Positions 27,055 to 36,749 of a DNA stretch of 46,528 bases are shown here, piece after piece. Under the pieces are notes generated by a model, which was given only the letters and a program-made list of their open reading frames with translations, was not told the origin of the DNA and searched no databases. A program made the translations under genes and the position numbers. Location of the stretch: sequence record SRR20825019_238, one strand, 5' to 3'. Position 1 is the stretch's first letter. Each line of letters begins with the position of its first letter.

Positions 27055-29472
27055 ATGTTCAAGAACCACTTAAATATCGCATGGAGAAGTATTAAAAAGG
27101 ACAAGCTCTTCACATTTATAAAAATAGGTGGGTTTGCCGTTGGTATCGCGGCCTGTCTTTTGATCACCCTTTTCATCGGCAATGAATCCAGTTATGATAC
27201 CCATTACCAAAACAAAGACCACATATACCGAGTGGTGTTCCAAGGTGAGATTCAAGGAGAGGTAATGAAGAGCACCCACTTTCAATTGCCTTTTTCCGAT
27301 GCACTCCAATCTGATTTTGCCGAAATAACCAAGGCGGGAAAAGTGAACACCATTGAAATCTTTGGTGCGGGCAAACGAGGTTTTAGGATAAACGGGGCAC
27401 AGGAGAACACTTTTGAAGAGAACTTTATCATTGCGGATCAGGAGGCTTTTGAGATTTTGGAAATCGAACTGGAACAGGGAGACCCGACAACTGCGTTGAC
27501 CAATCCAAAGAGCATCGTAATTTCTAGGTCTAAAGCGAACAAATACTTCCCGAACGGAAATGCCATAGACCAAGTAGTCTTTTTGGACAATGACACTTCC
27601 GAACCCTACACCGTAACAGGGATAATGGAGGATATTCCAAAAAATATGCACCTGAATTTTGATTTTATGCTTCCTGTGGAGGACACCAATGGAAGCTGGA
27701 CCAACCAGAACTATTTTACCTATGTGTTGGTCAATCCGAACACCGATATTCGGGAATTGGAACAAAAAATGTCTTCCATTGTTGAAAAATACATTATTCC
27801 GGCGCAAATGGAAAGGGGCCGCTCGGCCAGTTTTATAGATGTACTGCGGACCGCTGAGTACAAACTGCAACCGGTAACGGACATTTACCTGAAATCGGAC
27901 CTAAAAATGCAGGATGGATTGAAGCATGGCGATGTCAAGTTTGTATGGCTCTTTGCGGCCATAGCCATTTTTGTACTGCTCTTGGCCATTATCAACTTTA
28001 TCAATCTTTCCACGGCCAAATCAGCCAATAGGGCCAAAGAAGTGGGTTTAAGAAAGACCATAGGGGCATTTAGGAACAGTTTGGTCAACCAATTTTTGAC
28101 CGAATCGGTCATGTTCAGTGTTATTTCTTTTGTGCTAGGTGTGTTCTTGGCTTGGGGACTGCTACCGTTCTTTAATGAAATCGCTTCAAAAGACATTGAA
28201 CTCCCATGGAGCGATTGGTGGTTTGTGCCCGTATTGCTTGTTGCTGCATTGTTTGTAGGTGTTTTGGCAGGAATTTATCCGGCGTTTTACCTATCTGCCT
28301 TTAAACCGGCCAATGTTCTTAAAGGTTCCTTGAGCGTGGGCAGCAAAAGTGGCAGACTGCGCAGTGGATTGGTCATCTTTCAATTTACCACTTCGGTGAT
28401 CCTGATTATTGGCACATTGATCATCTACCGCCAGATGGACTATATCGTCAGCAAGGAATTGGGATATGATAAGGAACGTGTGGTAGTGCTGGAGGGAACC
28501 CATATTCTTGACAACAAAATAGAATCATTTAAACAACAATTATCATCATTATCTCAGGTGAAAAGTGTGACATCCACCAACTATTTGCCCATTGATGGAG
28601 GGAGCCGAAATGGAAACACCTTTATGGTCGATGGCCAGGATGATGGAGGAAGAGGTGTAGCTGCACAGATTTGGAAGGTTGACTATGGTTATACCGAAAC
28701 CTTGGGAATCCAATTGGATAAGGGTAGAACTTTTTCAAAGGACTTTGCCTACGATTCCATCAATTCGATAGTCATCAATAACAAAATGGCCGCAGAGCTT
28801 GGTCTAAAGGATCCAATCGGTAAAAAATTGGACAACAACAGCCAAGTTTTTGAGATTATAGGGGTGATAGAGGATTTTCATTTTAAATCCTTGAAAGAGG
28901 ATATCTCCGCATTGTCATTGGTCATAGGAAAGGACAATGGAGCTGTTTCGGTAAAACTTGAAAAAGGAAACCCGACCGATGCGCTCGCTGCCATTGAGCA
29001 AGTTTGGAACAGAAATGTTCCAAATCAAGCACTCAACTACTCTTTTTTGGAGCAGGAATTTGCCCAAATGCACGAAGATGTACAGCGAATGGGCAAAATA
29101 TTCAACAGTTTTGCCTTATTTGCCATTCTTGTGGCCTGTCTGGGCCTGTTTGCCCTATCAGCATTTATGGTAGAGCAGCGAAGAAAGGAGATAAGCATTC
29201 GTAGAGTGCTCGGCGCGCCCTTCCAAAATATTTATAAACTGCTCACTTTTGACTTTCTGAAACTTATCATCATTTCAATTGTGATTGCCACACCTATAGG
29301 CTGGTATTTGATGAACAGGTGGTTGGAAGGTTTCGCTTACAGAATCAGTATTGGATGGGAAGTTTTTTTAATGGCAGGGGTCATCGCCCTGTGCATTGCC
29401 GTACTGACCATCAGCTATCAATCCATAGGAGCGGCCTTTTTACAACCGACCAAAGGTCTGCGCAATGAATAA
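27055..29472 (+). CDS. Type VII ABC permease 2
   Basis: Same two-repeat MacB/FtsX architecture; INFINLSTAKS..RAKEVGLRK. Confidence 0.93.
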   Translation: MFKNHLNIAWRSIKKDKLFTFIKIGGFAVGIAACLLITLFIGNESSYDTHYQNKDHIYRVVFQGEIQGEVMKSTHFQLPFSDALQSDFAEITKAGKVNTIEIFGAGKRGFRINGAQENTFEENFIIADQEAFEILEIELEQGDPTTALTNPKSIVISRSKANKYFPNGNAIDQVVFLDNDTSEPYTVTGIMEDIPKNMHLNFDFMLPVEDTNGSWTNQNYFTYVLVNPNTDIRELEQKMSSIVEKYIIPAQMERGRSASFIDVLRTAEYKLQPVTDIYLKSDLKMQDGLKHGDVKFVWLFAAIAIFVLLLAIINFINLSTAKSANRAKEVGLRKTIGAFRNSLVNQFLTESVMFSVISFVLGVFLAWGLLPFFNEIASKDIELPWSDWWFVPVLLVAALFVGVLAGIYPAFYLSAFKPANVLKGSLSVGSKSGRLRSGLVIFQFTTSVILIIGTLIIYRQMDYIVSKELGYDKERVVVLEGTHILDNKIESFKQQLSSLSQVKSVTSTNYLPIDGGSRNGNTFMVDGQDDGGRGVAAQIWKVDYGYTETLGIQLDKGRTFSKDFAYDSINSIVINNKMAAELGLKDPIGKKLDNNSQVFEIIGVIEDFHFKSLKEDISALSLVIGKDNGAVSVKLEKGNPTDALAAIEQVWNRNVPNQALNYSFLEQEFAQMHEDVQRMGKIFNSFALFAILVACLGLFALSAFMVEQRRKEISIRRVLGAPFQNIYKLLTFDFLKLIIISIVIATPIGWYLMNRWLEGFAYRISIGWEVFLMAGVIALCIAVLTISYQSIGAAFLQPTKGLRNE

Positions 29473-29486
29473 ATCAATCAAAAAAC
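29466..29486 (+). repeat. Permease-junction motif, copy 3
   Basis: TGAATAAATCAATCAAAAAAC, identical to 34267-34287. Confidence 0.7.
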
Positions 29487-29496
29487 ACCATCGATC

Positions 29497-31896
29497 ATGC
29501 TAAAGAACTATATTAAAATCGCCTGGAGAAACCTTGCAAAAAACAAGGGTTATACCATAATCAACGTAGGAGGTCTTGCGTTGGGCATGGCGGTAACGCT
29601 CATTATCGGCCTTTGGGTGCAAGATGAGCTGAGCTATAACGATTACAACACCAATAAGGACAAAATCGCCCAAATATTCCAATCCCAAACGTTCAATGGG
29701 GAAACCGGAACCGGGCCCGCTATCCCGAGACCATTGGAGAAAGCTTTTAGGGATGGTTATATGGATAATTTTGAGTATTTGGTGATGTCTTCTTGGACCA
29801 CCTCCCAATATTTAAAATATAAGGAAACAAGCATTTCTCGCGAAGGCAATTTTATGCAGCGGGAAGCTCCCGAAATCCTTGATATAAAAATTTTGAAGGG
29901 AGAAAGGGACGGTGTTCGGGAAATCAACTCCATAATGTTGAACGAGTCCACCGCCAAAGCACTTTTTGGGGAGGAAGACCCGATTGGAAAGGTAATCGAG
30001 GTAAATAGCCAATACGATATGATGGTCACGGCAGTTTACGAGGACCTCCCTTTCAATGCCTCTTTTAATGACACAGAATTCATAATGCCATGGGATAAAT
30101 ATGTCTCAGTGAACGAATGGATCAAAAATGCCGAAGATCAATGGGGGAACAATTCGTTTCAAATGTTTGTCCAGATTGCGGACAATACGACCATGGAATC
30201 CGTTACCTCAAAAATTCTGGAGGTAAAACAGAAGCTGAACGAAAACTCCAGGGAATTCAACGCCCAATTGTTTCTATTTCCAATGGAGGATTGGCACCTG
30301 CGCAGCAGTTTCGAAAACGGGAAGCAAGCAGGGGGCCGAATCAAATATGTTTGGCTGTTCGGAATTATCGGAGGGTTTGTATTGCTTTTGGCCTGTATCA
30401 ATTTTATGAATCTCAGTACCGCCCGTTCGGAGAAAAGGGCAAAGGAGGTGGGGATCAGAAAATCCATTGGGTCTCAGCGCTCCCAATTGATCAACCAGTT
30501 TTTGGGCGAGTCCTTTTTGGTGGTATCATTTGCCTTTGCAATTGCTGTATTGATCGTTGTGGCGTCCTTGAACGGGTTCAATAATTTGGCAAGAAAAGAA
30601 ATATCCTTCCCTTGGGGCTCCCTTGCATTTTGGGGTGTTTCTTTGGTCTTTATAACGGTCACAGCTCTTTTGGCGGGCAGCTATCCTGCTCTTTATTTAT
30701 CCTCGTTCAGACCAGTGGATGTCTTAAAGGGAACTTTCAAGGCAGGCAAGCATTCCGGTTTACCAAGAAAGATTTTGGTGGTGGTCCAGTTTACCGTTTC
30801 CGTAGCGTTCATCATCGGAACCGTGATCGTAATGCAACAGATCAATTATGCTAAAAACAGACCCATTGGGTACGATAAGGAGGGTCTGGTCCAGATTCCG
30901 ACGATGAGCCAGGATTTTACGGGCAAGTTTGAATTGATGCGGGATGAATTCATCAATTCAGGAGCGGTTGTGGAAATGTCCACATCCAGCGCCCCGACCA
31001 CTAACATTTGGTCCAACCGGAGCGGATTTGTTTGGGAGGGCAAACCAGAAGGTTTCCAAGAAGATCTGGCATGGACCGAAGTGTCCCCTGAATATGCCAA
31101 AAGTCTCAACTTAAAGATTGTGGAGGGAAGGGATTTTTCACGGGAGTTCCCCTCGGACTCCAATGCCGTGCTGATCAATGAAACGGCCGTGAAATATATG
31201 GGGCTCAAGAATCCAATAGGAAAGTTTATTAAGGACGATGATGAGGAAGACCCATCGCCACCTTTAAAGATAATAGGCGTGGTTCAGGACATGATCGCAC
31301 AGTCGCCGTACGAACCAGTGAAACAAGGCATGTACGTTTTTGATAAATACGGCAATGCTTCCTATTACAATATGAGATTGAACCCATCCCAGAGTGCAAG
31401 CCAGAACATTGCAGTAATCGAGAGGGTATTCAAAGAGCATTTCCCGAACATTCCCTTTCAATACGATTTTGTGGACGAGGAATATGCTGAAAAATTTGCA
31501 TCTGAAGAACGGATTGGCACCCTATCCGGTATTTTCACCGCACTTGCCATTTTAATAAGCTGTTTGGGACTATTTGGTCTCACCTCTTTTGTTGCGGAAC
31601 AGCGCACCAAGGAGATAGGGGTGCGAAAAGTGCTGGGCGCATCGGTATTTAATGTTTGGAACATGTTGTCCAAGGACTTTTTAAAACTTGTGATTATCTC
31701 CTGTTTTATCGCGGTGCCCATTGCCTATTATGTAATGAACGGATGGTTGCAAGAATATCCGTACAGGGTGATTTTGAAATGGTGGATTTTTGGCTTGGCC
31801 ATGCTCGGAGCCCTCGCGGTAACGGTGCTCACGGTAAGTTTTCAGGCCATACGGGCGGCAAAATCCAACCCGGTCAAAAGTTTGAGAACGGAATAA
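29497..31896 (+). CDS. Type VII ABC permease 3
   Basis: INFMNLSTARSEKRAKEVGIRK, EQRTKEIGVRKVLGA and NPVKSLRTE. Confidence 0.93.
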   Translation: MLKNYIKIAWRNLAKNKGYTIINVGGLALGMAVTLIIGLWVQDELSYNDYNTNKDKIAQIFQSQTFNGETGTGPAIPRPLEKAFRDGYMDNFEYLVMSSWTTSQYLKYKETSISREGNFMQREAPEILDIKILKGERDGVREINSIMLNESTAKALFGEEDPIGKVIEVNSQYDMMVTAVYEDLPFNASFNDTEFIMPWDKYVSVNEWIKNAEDQWGNNSFQMFVQIADNTTMESVTSKILEVKQKLNENSREFNAQLFLFPMEDWHLRSSFENGKQAGGRIKYVWLFGIIGGFVLLLACINFMNLSTARSEKRAKEVGIRKSIGSQRSQLINQFLGESFLVVSFAFAIAVLIVVASLNGFNNLARKEISFPWGSLAFWGVSLVFITVTALLAGSYPALYLSSFRPVDVLKGTFKAGKHSGLPRKILVVVQFTVSVAFIIGTVIVMQQINYAKNRPIGYDKEGLVQIPTMSQDFTGKFELMRDEFINSGAVVEMSTSSAPTTNIWSNRSGFVWEGKPEGFQEDLAWTEVSPEYAKSLNLKIVEGRDFSREFPSDSNAVLINETAVKYMGLKNPIGKFIKDDDEEDPSPPLKIIGVVQDMIAQSPYEPVKQGMYVFDKYGNASYYNMRLNPSQSASQNIAVIERVFKEHFPNIPFQYDFVDEEYAEKFASEERIGTLSGIFTALAILISCLGLFGLTSFVAEQRTKEIGVRKVLGASVFNVWNMLSKDFLKLVIISCFIAVPIAYYVMNGWLQEYPYRVILKWWIFGLAMLGALAVTVLTVSFQAIRAAKSNPVKSLRTE

Positions 31897-31906
31897 GAAC
31901 AGGATC

Positions 31907-34273
31907 ATGATCAAGAACTATCTAAAAATAGCATGGAGAGGGCTTGTTAGGAGCAAGGTTTATTCAACAATAAACATTGTCGGCCTATCCATGTCCCTTG
32001 CCGCCTGTATGCTGATAGTTCTTTATGTTGGCCATGAGCTGAGCTATGACAAGTTTCATGACGATGCCAGTAACATTTATCAAGCGGAAACTAAGATAAC
32101 CTTTGGTAAGGACCCCATCCATATACCGTATTTGGATTATTCCGATGCCCCGGAAGGTAAAGGAAGTGTAGCAGGAATCCAAGAATACCTAAGATATCAA
32201 AAGGTTTCCGAAAATGTTATGGTTACCAATACAGAGAACCCTTCGTTAAAGTTTTCCGAGGATAAGGTTTTGTTCGCAGACCCAAACTTTTTTGAGTTCT
32301 TCAGTTTTAATCTGATAAAGGGCAACAAAGGAGAGGTGTTGGCCAATCCCAACAGTATTGTTATTTCCGAAAGGACGGCCACAAAGTATTTTGCAGACAG
32401 CGATCCTATTGGAAGACCACTACAGCTTTTTGGTGATGAGATATTTACCGTTACAGGGGTCTCAGCCGACCCACCTTCGAATTCAAGCATAGGTTTTGAT
32501 TTTATCCTGCCCATTTCCAGTATGTTGGGAATGGAAAAATATAAGGAGGATATTGAACAAGGGCACTTGAACTTCACCACACTTTTCCTGTTGGATGAAT
32601 CGGCCGACCCTAAAATGGTCGAGGCAGGCCTGCTAAATTCCTTTGGAAAGAACGCAGGTGATGATGTCCAAAAAAAATACCTGTTGAGGCCACTACAGAG
32701 TCTACATTTAGGTGAGGATTGGGCTAAAAACAAATACATTGGCATATTTCCATTGGTAGCCCTTTTGATTTTGATATTGGCATTGGTAAACTATGCAAGC
32801 TTGTCCACTGCCCGCTCTACAACACGTTCAAAGGAGGTCGGAGTCAGAAAAGTAATGGGAGCACCCAGAAGGGCCATTGCACAACAATTCTATTTCGAAT
32901 CCGCGCTTTACACGATCATATCGTTCGTTTTGGGCTATTTTTTATGTCTTACACTACAACCTAAATTCTTTGAGCTTTTAGGGGTCCAAGTGGACAACGC
33001 ATTCATTTTTAGCCCCGAAATGCTAATGTCACTTGTATTGCTCCTGTTACTGACCATATTTTTGGCAGCTGCATATCCCGCCATTTTACTTTCCTCGTTT
33101 AAGCCCATTGCGGTACTACAGGGAAAATTGAGCAAGCAGCAAGGAGGAATAGCGCTAAGAAAGTTTTTCACTGTTTTCCAGTTCGGTATATCGGTAGCCC
33201 TTATTATTTGTGCATTTGTAATGGATAGGCAGCTGGATTATTTCAGGCACGCCGATACAGGCGTAAATAGGGAAAATATTGTAATGCTTCCATTTTCCGA
33301 AAAGCTCGGTAAACACTTTGGTGCATTTCAGGAGGAAGTCGGTTCACTTCCGGGAATAGTGGAAACCAGCTCTGGAATTCTACCACTTTACAAAGGCCAT
33401 AACATGATGGGCGTCCAAAGCGATAATAGCGATGAGATGATTTTTTTGCCAACGCTTACCATAAACAAAGACTTTGTTTCAATGATGGGCCTTTCTTGGG
33501 CAATTCCTCCTAAAGACTCCATTATAAAAATGGGGGATAGATCTGCCGTGATAATTAATCAAGCAGCTGTTGCCAGATTAAACCTAGAAGAAGATCCAGT
33601 TCATCAAAAAATTAATGGTCAGTATGAAATCAAAGGTGTTTTGAAAGATTTTAATTACTCTTCGCTGCACCACAAGATAGGCGCGTTATGCCTGTTCATA
33701 AAGAATGACCCTTCTTACAAATGGCTTGAAAAAGGAGGGGTGCTCTATGCCAAGGTTGGACCGAAAACCAATATTCCAACAATGTTGGATGGACTAAAGG
33801 CCAAATATCAGAAATATGACAACGAGCAGCCATTCGAATATTATTTTCTCGACGATGTTTTTGACTCACAGTATAAAGCAGAAGACCGTTTGGCAAAGAT
33901 TTTTGGAGTCTTTACGGGCTTTGCCATGTTGATTGCGGTAATGGGACTTTTCGGCTTGGCCACTTTCACGGCATTGCAACGAAGAAAAGAAATCGGGATT
34001 AGAAAAGTATTGGGCGCTTCGGTAGAAAACGTGACCACATTATTATCCAAGGATTTCTTAAAACTGGTGCTTTTTGCCATTTGCTTAGCCTCACCATTTG
34101 CATACTGGTTTATGGACAAATGGTTGGAAAACTTTGCTTATAGGGCCCCCATGTCATGGTGGATATTCGTTTTGGCCACATTAGGAACTTTGTCGGCCGC
34201 CATATTAACGATTGGTTACCATGCCATTAGAGCGGCCAGTGCAAATCCAATAAAGAGCCTTAGAACTGAATAA
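31907..34273 (+). CDS. Type VII ABC permease 4
   Basis: VNYASLSTARS..RSKEVGVRK, QRRKEIGIRKVLGA and NPIKSLRTE. Confidence 0.93.
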   Translation: MIKNYLKIAWRGLVRSKVYSTINIVGLSMSLAACMLIVLYVGHELSYDKFHDDASNIYQAETKITFGKDPIHIPYLDYSDAPEGKGSVAGIQEYLRYQKVSENVMVTNTENPSLKFSEDKVLFADPNFFEFFSFNLIKGNKGEVLANPNSIVISERTATKYFADSDPIGRPLQLFGDEIFTVTGVSADPPSNSSIGFDFILPISSMLGMEKYKEDIEQGHLNFTTLFLLDESADPKMVEAGLLNSFGKNAGDDVQKKYLLRPLQSLHLGEDWAKNKYIGIFPLVALLILILALVNYASLSTARSTTRSKEVGVRKVMGAPRRAIAQQFYFESALYTIISFVLGYFLCLTLQPKFFELLGVQVDNAFIFSPEMLMSLVLLLLLTIFLAAAYPAILLSSFKPIAVLQGKLSKQQGGIALRKFFTVFQFGISVALIICAFVMDRQLDYFRHADTGVNRENIVMLPFSEKLGKHFGAFQEEVGSLPGIVETSSGILPLYKGHNMMGVQSDNSDEMIFLPTLTINKDFVSMMGLSWAIPPKDSIIKMGDRSAVIINQAAVARLNLEEDPVHQKINGQYEIKGVLKDFNYSSLHHKIGALCLFIKNDPSYKWLEKGGVLYAKVGPKTNIPTMLDGLKAKYQKYDNEQPFEYYFLDDVFDSQYKAEDRLAKIFGVFTGFAMLIAVMGLFGLATFTALQRRKEIGIRKVLGASVENVTTLLSKDFLKLVLFAICLASPFAYWFMDKWLENFAYRAPMSWWIFVLATLGTLSAAILTIGYHAIRAASANPIKSLRTE

Positions 34274-34289
34274 ATCAATCAAAAAACGA
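34267..34289 (+). repeat. Permease-junction motif, copy 4
   Basis: TGAATAAATCAATCAAAAAACGA. Confidence 0.7.
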
Positions 34290-34294
34290 GAATC

Positions 34295-36727
34295 ATGTTC
34301 AAAAACAACATCAAAATAGCATGGAGAAGCCTAAAAAAGCAGCCATTCTTCACCTTCCTTAACATATTTGGATTAGCAATAGGAATGGCTGGTGGGCTTT
34401 TACTCGGCCTTTACATTTGGGACGATCTTAACCACGATAACATGTTCACGGATGCGGAACGCATTTATCGTATTAATGCCGACACGAAATTTGGGGGCGC
34501 CGAAGAAAATGTTTCGGAGATATCCGCACCCATGGCCCGGGCAATGGTAAACGACATCCCACAAGTTGAAATGGCCACAAGGTTCAGAAATATTGGGAGC
34601 GTATTTATTCGACCACAAGATGAAATGGATAACGTTAGGGAGTCCCATGTTTCGTATGCCGACTCCACGTTTTTTGATATGTTCGGAATCGATCTTTTGT
34701 ACGGGGATAGACATACGGCATTAGTGGAGCCCAATACATTGGTTATGACACGTACTGCTGCAGAAAAACATTTTCCTATTGATCAAGCAGTCGGAAAAAC
34801 ACTGATAATCAATGATGAGGATGTTTATACGGTCTCAGGGGTATTGGAAGACCTACCAAAGAACTCGATATTTAAGGACAAACCCATTTTTTTGGCCATG
34901 TCCGGTTATGAAGATGCTCTACAGGCAGAATGGGGCAGTCACAACTACTATACGTTCGTAAAGTTAACCCCAGGTGTTTCTGGCGAAGACATTCAGGACC
35001 AAATGCAGGCCATGGTCGGGAGGTATGTTATTCCTTATGCACAAAAATTCTTTCCCGGTATCACCGAACAACAATTTTTGGAGTCGGGGAATTACATTAA
35101 CTATTCCACCATTCCCTTAAAGGATATTCATTTATACTCCAAAAGAAGCCCGGAGTTCAGCACTGTCAGCGATATCAAGAATGTGTACATCCTTGGGGCA
35201 ATCGCTTTGATACTTTTGGTGTTGGCTAGCGTGAATTTCATGAACCTGTCCACGGCCCATTCCCTTAAACGGTCAAAAGAAGTGGGTATCCGAAAAACAT
35301 TGGGATCCCAGCGTAGTGGATTAATCGGCCAGTTTTTGACCGAATCCGGACTGATCGCCGTGGGCTCATTGATTTTTGCCTTGTTGATCGCGGCCCTTGT
35401 CATGCCACTGTACAATGACCTTGCCGGGAAAGAATTGTCCATACCCTATGCCAATCCTGTTTTTTGGTTGATTTTGATCGTAGCAGCATTGGTCCTTGGT
35501 CTGTTCTCTGGAAGTTACCCCGCATTCTTCATGTCGCGTTTTGTTGCCGCAAAAGTACTGAAAGGTCAAGGGGACAACTCCATTGGAGGCGGTAGGGTAA
35601 GAAATGCATTGGTCATACTTCAATTTAGTATATCCGTATTTCTGATTATGGGGACCCTAACGGTATTTCAGCAACTGCGTTTTATACAGGGGAAAGACCT
35701 CGGTTATGGAAAAAACCAAGTATTGATCATAGGTGGTGTTAATGGCCTTGAAGGAAAAAGACAGGCGTTCAAAGATGCAGTACTTCGGTTAAGTCAGGTG
35801 AACACGGCAACGTTGAGCAGTTACCTGCCCACGCCATCCTCGCGCAGCAGCGGAACCTATATGCTGGCAGAGGATAGGAGCCAAGAAAGATCCATCAATA
35901 TGCAGCAATGGAATGTTGACGATGATTATATCTCCACAATCAACCTTTCCCTTGTTTATGGAAGGGACTTTGATGTGACAAAATTCCCGACCGATTCATC
36001 TGCGGTCATATTAAATGAAAAAGCTGTGGCCGTTTTGGGAAAAACTCCTGAAAGTGTTATTGGAACCCAATTTGTCAATGACTTTGAGAACGGGTCTTTG
36101 TCGACCGTAGTCGGAGTGGTCAAGAATTTTCATTTTGAGACACTTAAGGAAGAGGTAGGGGCCCTGGCTCTTTTCAATGGCGGCGGAAATCCGGATAATT
36201 TGGCCATCAAGCTCGAAGGAGGAGATGTGACAAGAACCGTGGCAGCAGTGGAGAATATATGGAGGGAGATGGCACCTACACAGCCCTTTGAACATTATTT
36301 TATGGACGATTCCTTCAACAATAGTTATGAAGCGGAGCAGCGATTGGGGCAGATCTTCATGGTTTTCACCTTGCTGTCCATCGTAATAGCCTGCTTGGGC
36401 CTGCTTGGGCTTGCTGCTTTCAATGCCCAAAAACGGGTGAAGGAAATCGGAGTGAGAAAGGTTTTGGGCGCGGGTGTCGGACAGATTGTCTACCGGTTGT
36501 CCGCGGACTTTTTAAAATTGGTCGGACTAGCCATAGTTATTGCATTGCCCTTGGGGTGGTATGCCATGGACCGATGGCTTCAGGACTTCTCGTACCGAAT
36601 AGAGATACCATGGTGGATATTTGCCCTGTCCGCATTATTGGCCATTGGAGTTGCCATAGTAACCGTTAGTTACCAAAGTATTAAGGCGGCCGTAGTGAAT
36701 CCCGTCAAAAGCTTACGAACAGAATAA
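34295..36727 (+). CDS. Type VII ABC permease 5
   Basis: VNFMNLSTAHS.KRSKEVGIRK, KRVKEIGVRKVLGA and NPVKSLRTE. Confidence 0.93.
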   Translation: MFKNNIKIAWRSLKKQPFFTFLNIFGLAIGMAGGLLLGLYIWDDLNHDNMFTDAERIYRINADTKFGGAEENVSEISAPMARAMVNDIPQVEMATRFRNIGSVFIRPQDEMDNVRESHVSYADSTFFDMFGIDLLYGDRHTALVEPNTLVMTRTAAEKHFPIDQAVGKTLIINDEDVYTVSGVLEDLPKNSIFKDKPIFLAMSGYEDALQAEWGSHNYYTFVKLTPGVSGEDIQDQMQAMVGRYVIPYAQKFFPGITEQQFLESGNYINYSTIPLKDIHLYSKRSPEFSTVSDIKNVYILGAIALILLVLASVNFMNLSTAHSLKRSKEVGIRKTLGSQRSGLIGQFLTESGLIAVGSLIFALLIAALVMPLYNDLAGKELSIPYANPVFWLILIVAALVLGLFSGSYPAFFMSRFVAAKVLKGQGDNSIGGGRVRNALVILQFSISVFLIMGTLTVFQQLRFIQGKDLGYGKNQVLIIGGVNGLEGKRQAFKDAVLRLSQVNTATLSSYLPTPSSRSSGTYMLAEDRSQERSINMQQWNVDDDYISTINLSLVYGRDFDVTKFPTDSSAVILNEKAVAVLGKTPESVIGTQFVNDFENGSLSTVVGVVKNFHFETLKEEVGALALFNGGGNPDNLAIKLEGGDVTRTVAAVENIWREMAPTQPFEHYFMDDSFNNSYEAEQRLGQIFMVFTLLSIVIACLGLLGLAAFNAQKRVKEIGVRKVLGAGVGQIVYRLSADFLKLVGLAIVIALPLGWYAMDRWLQDFSYRIEIPWWIFALSALLAIGVAIVTVSYQSIKAAVVNPVKSLRTE

Positions 36728-36749
36728 CCAACCACAAAAAGCAAAGCAC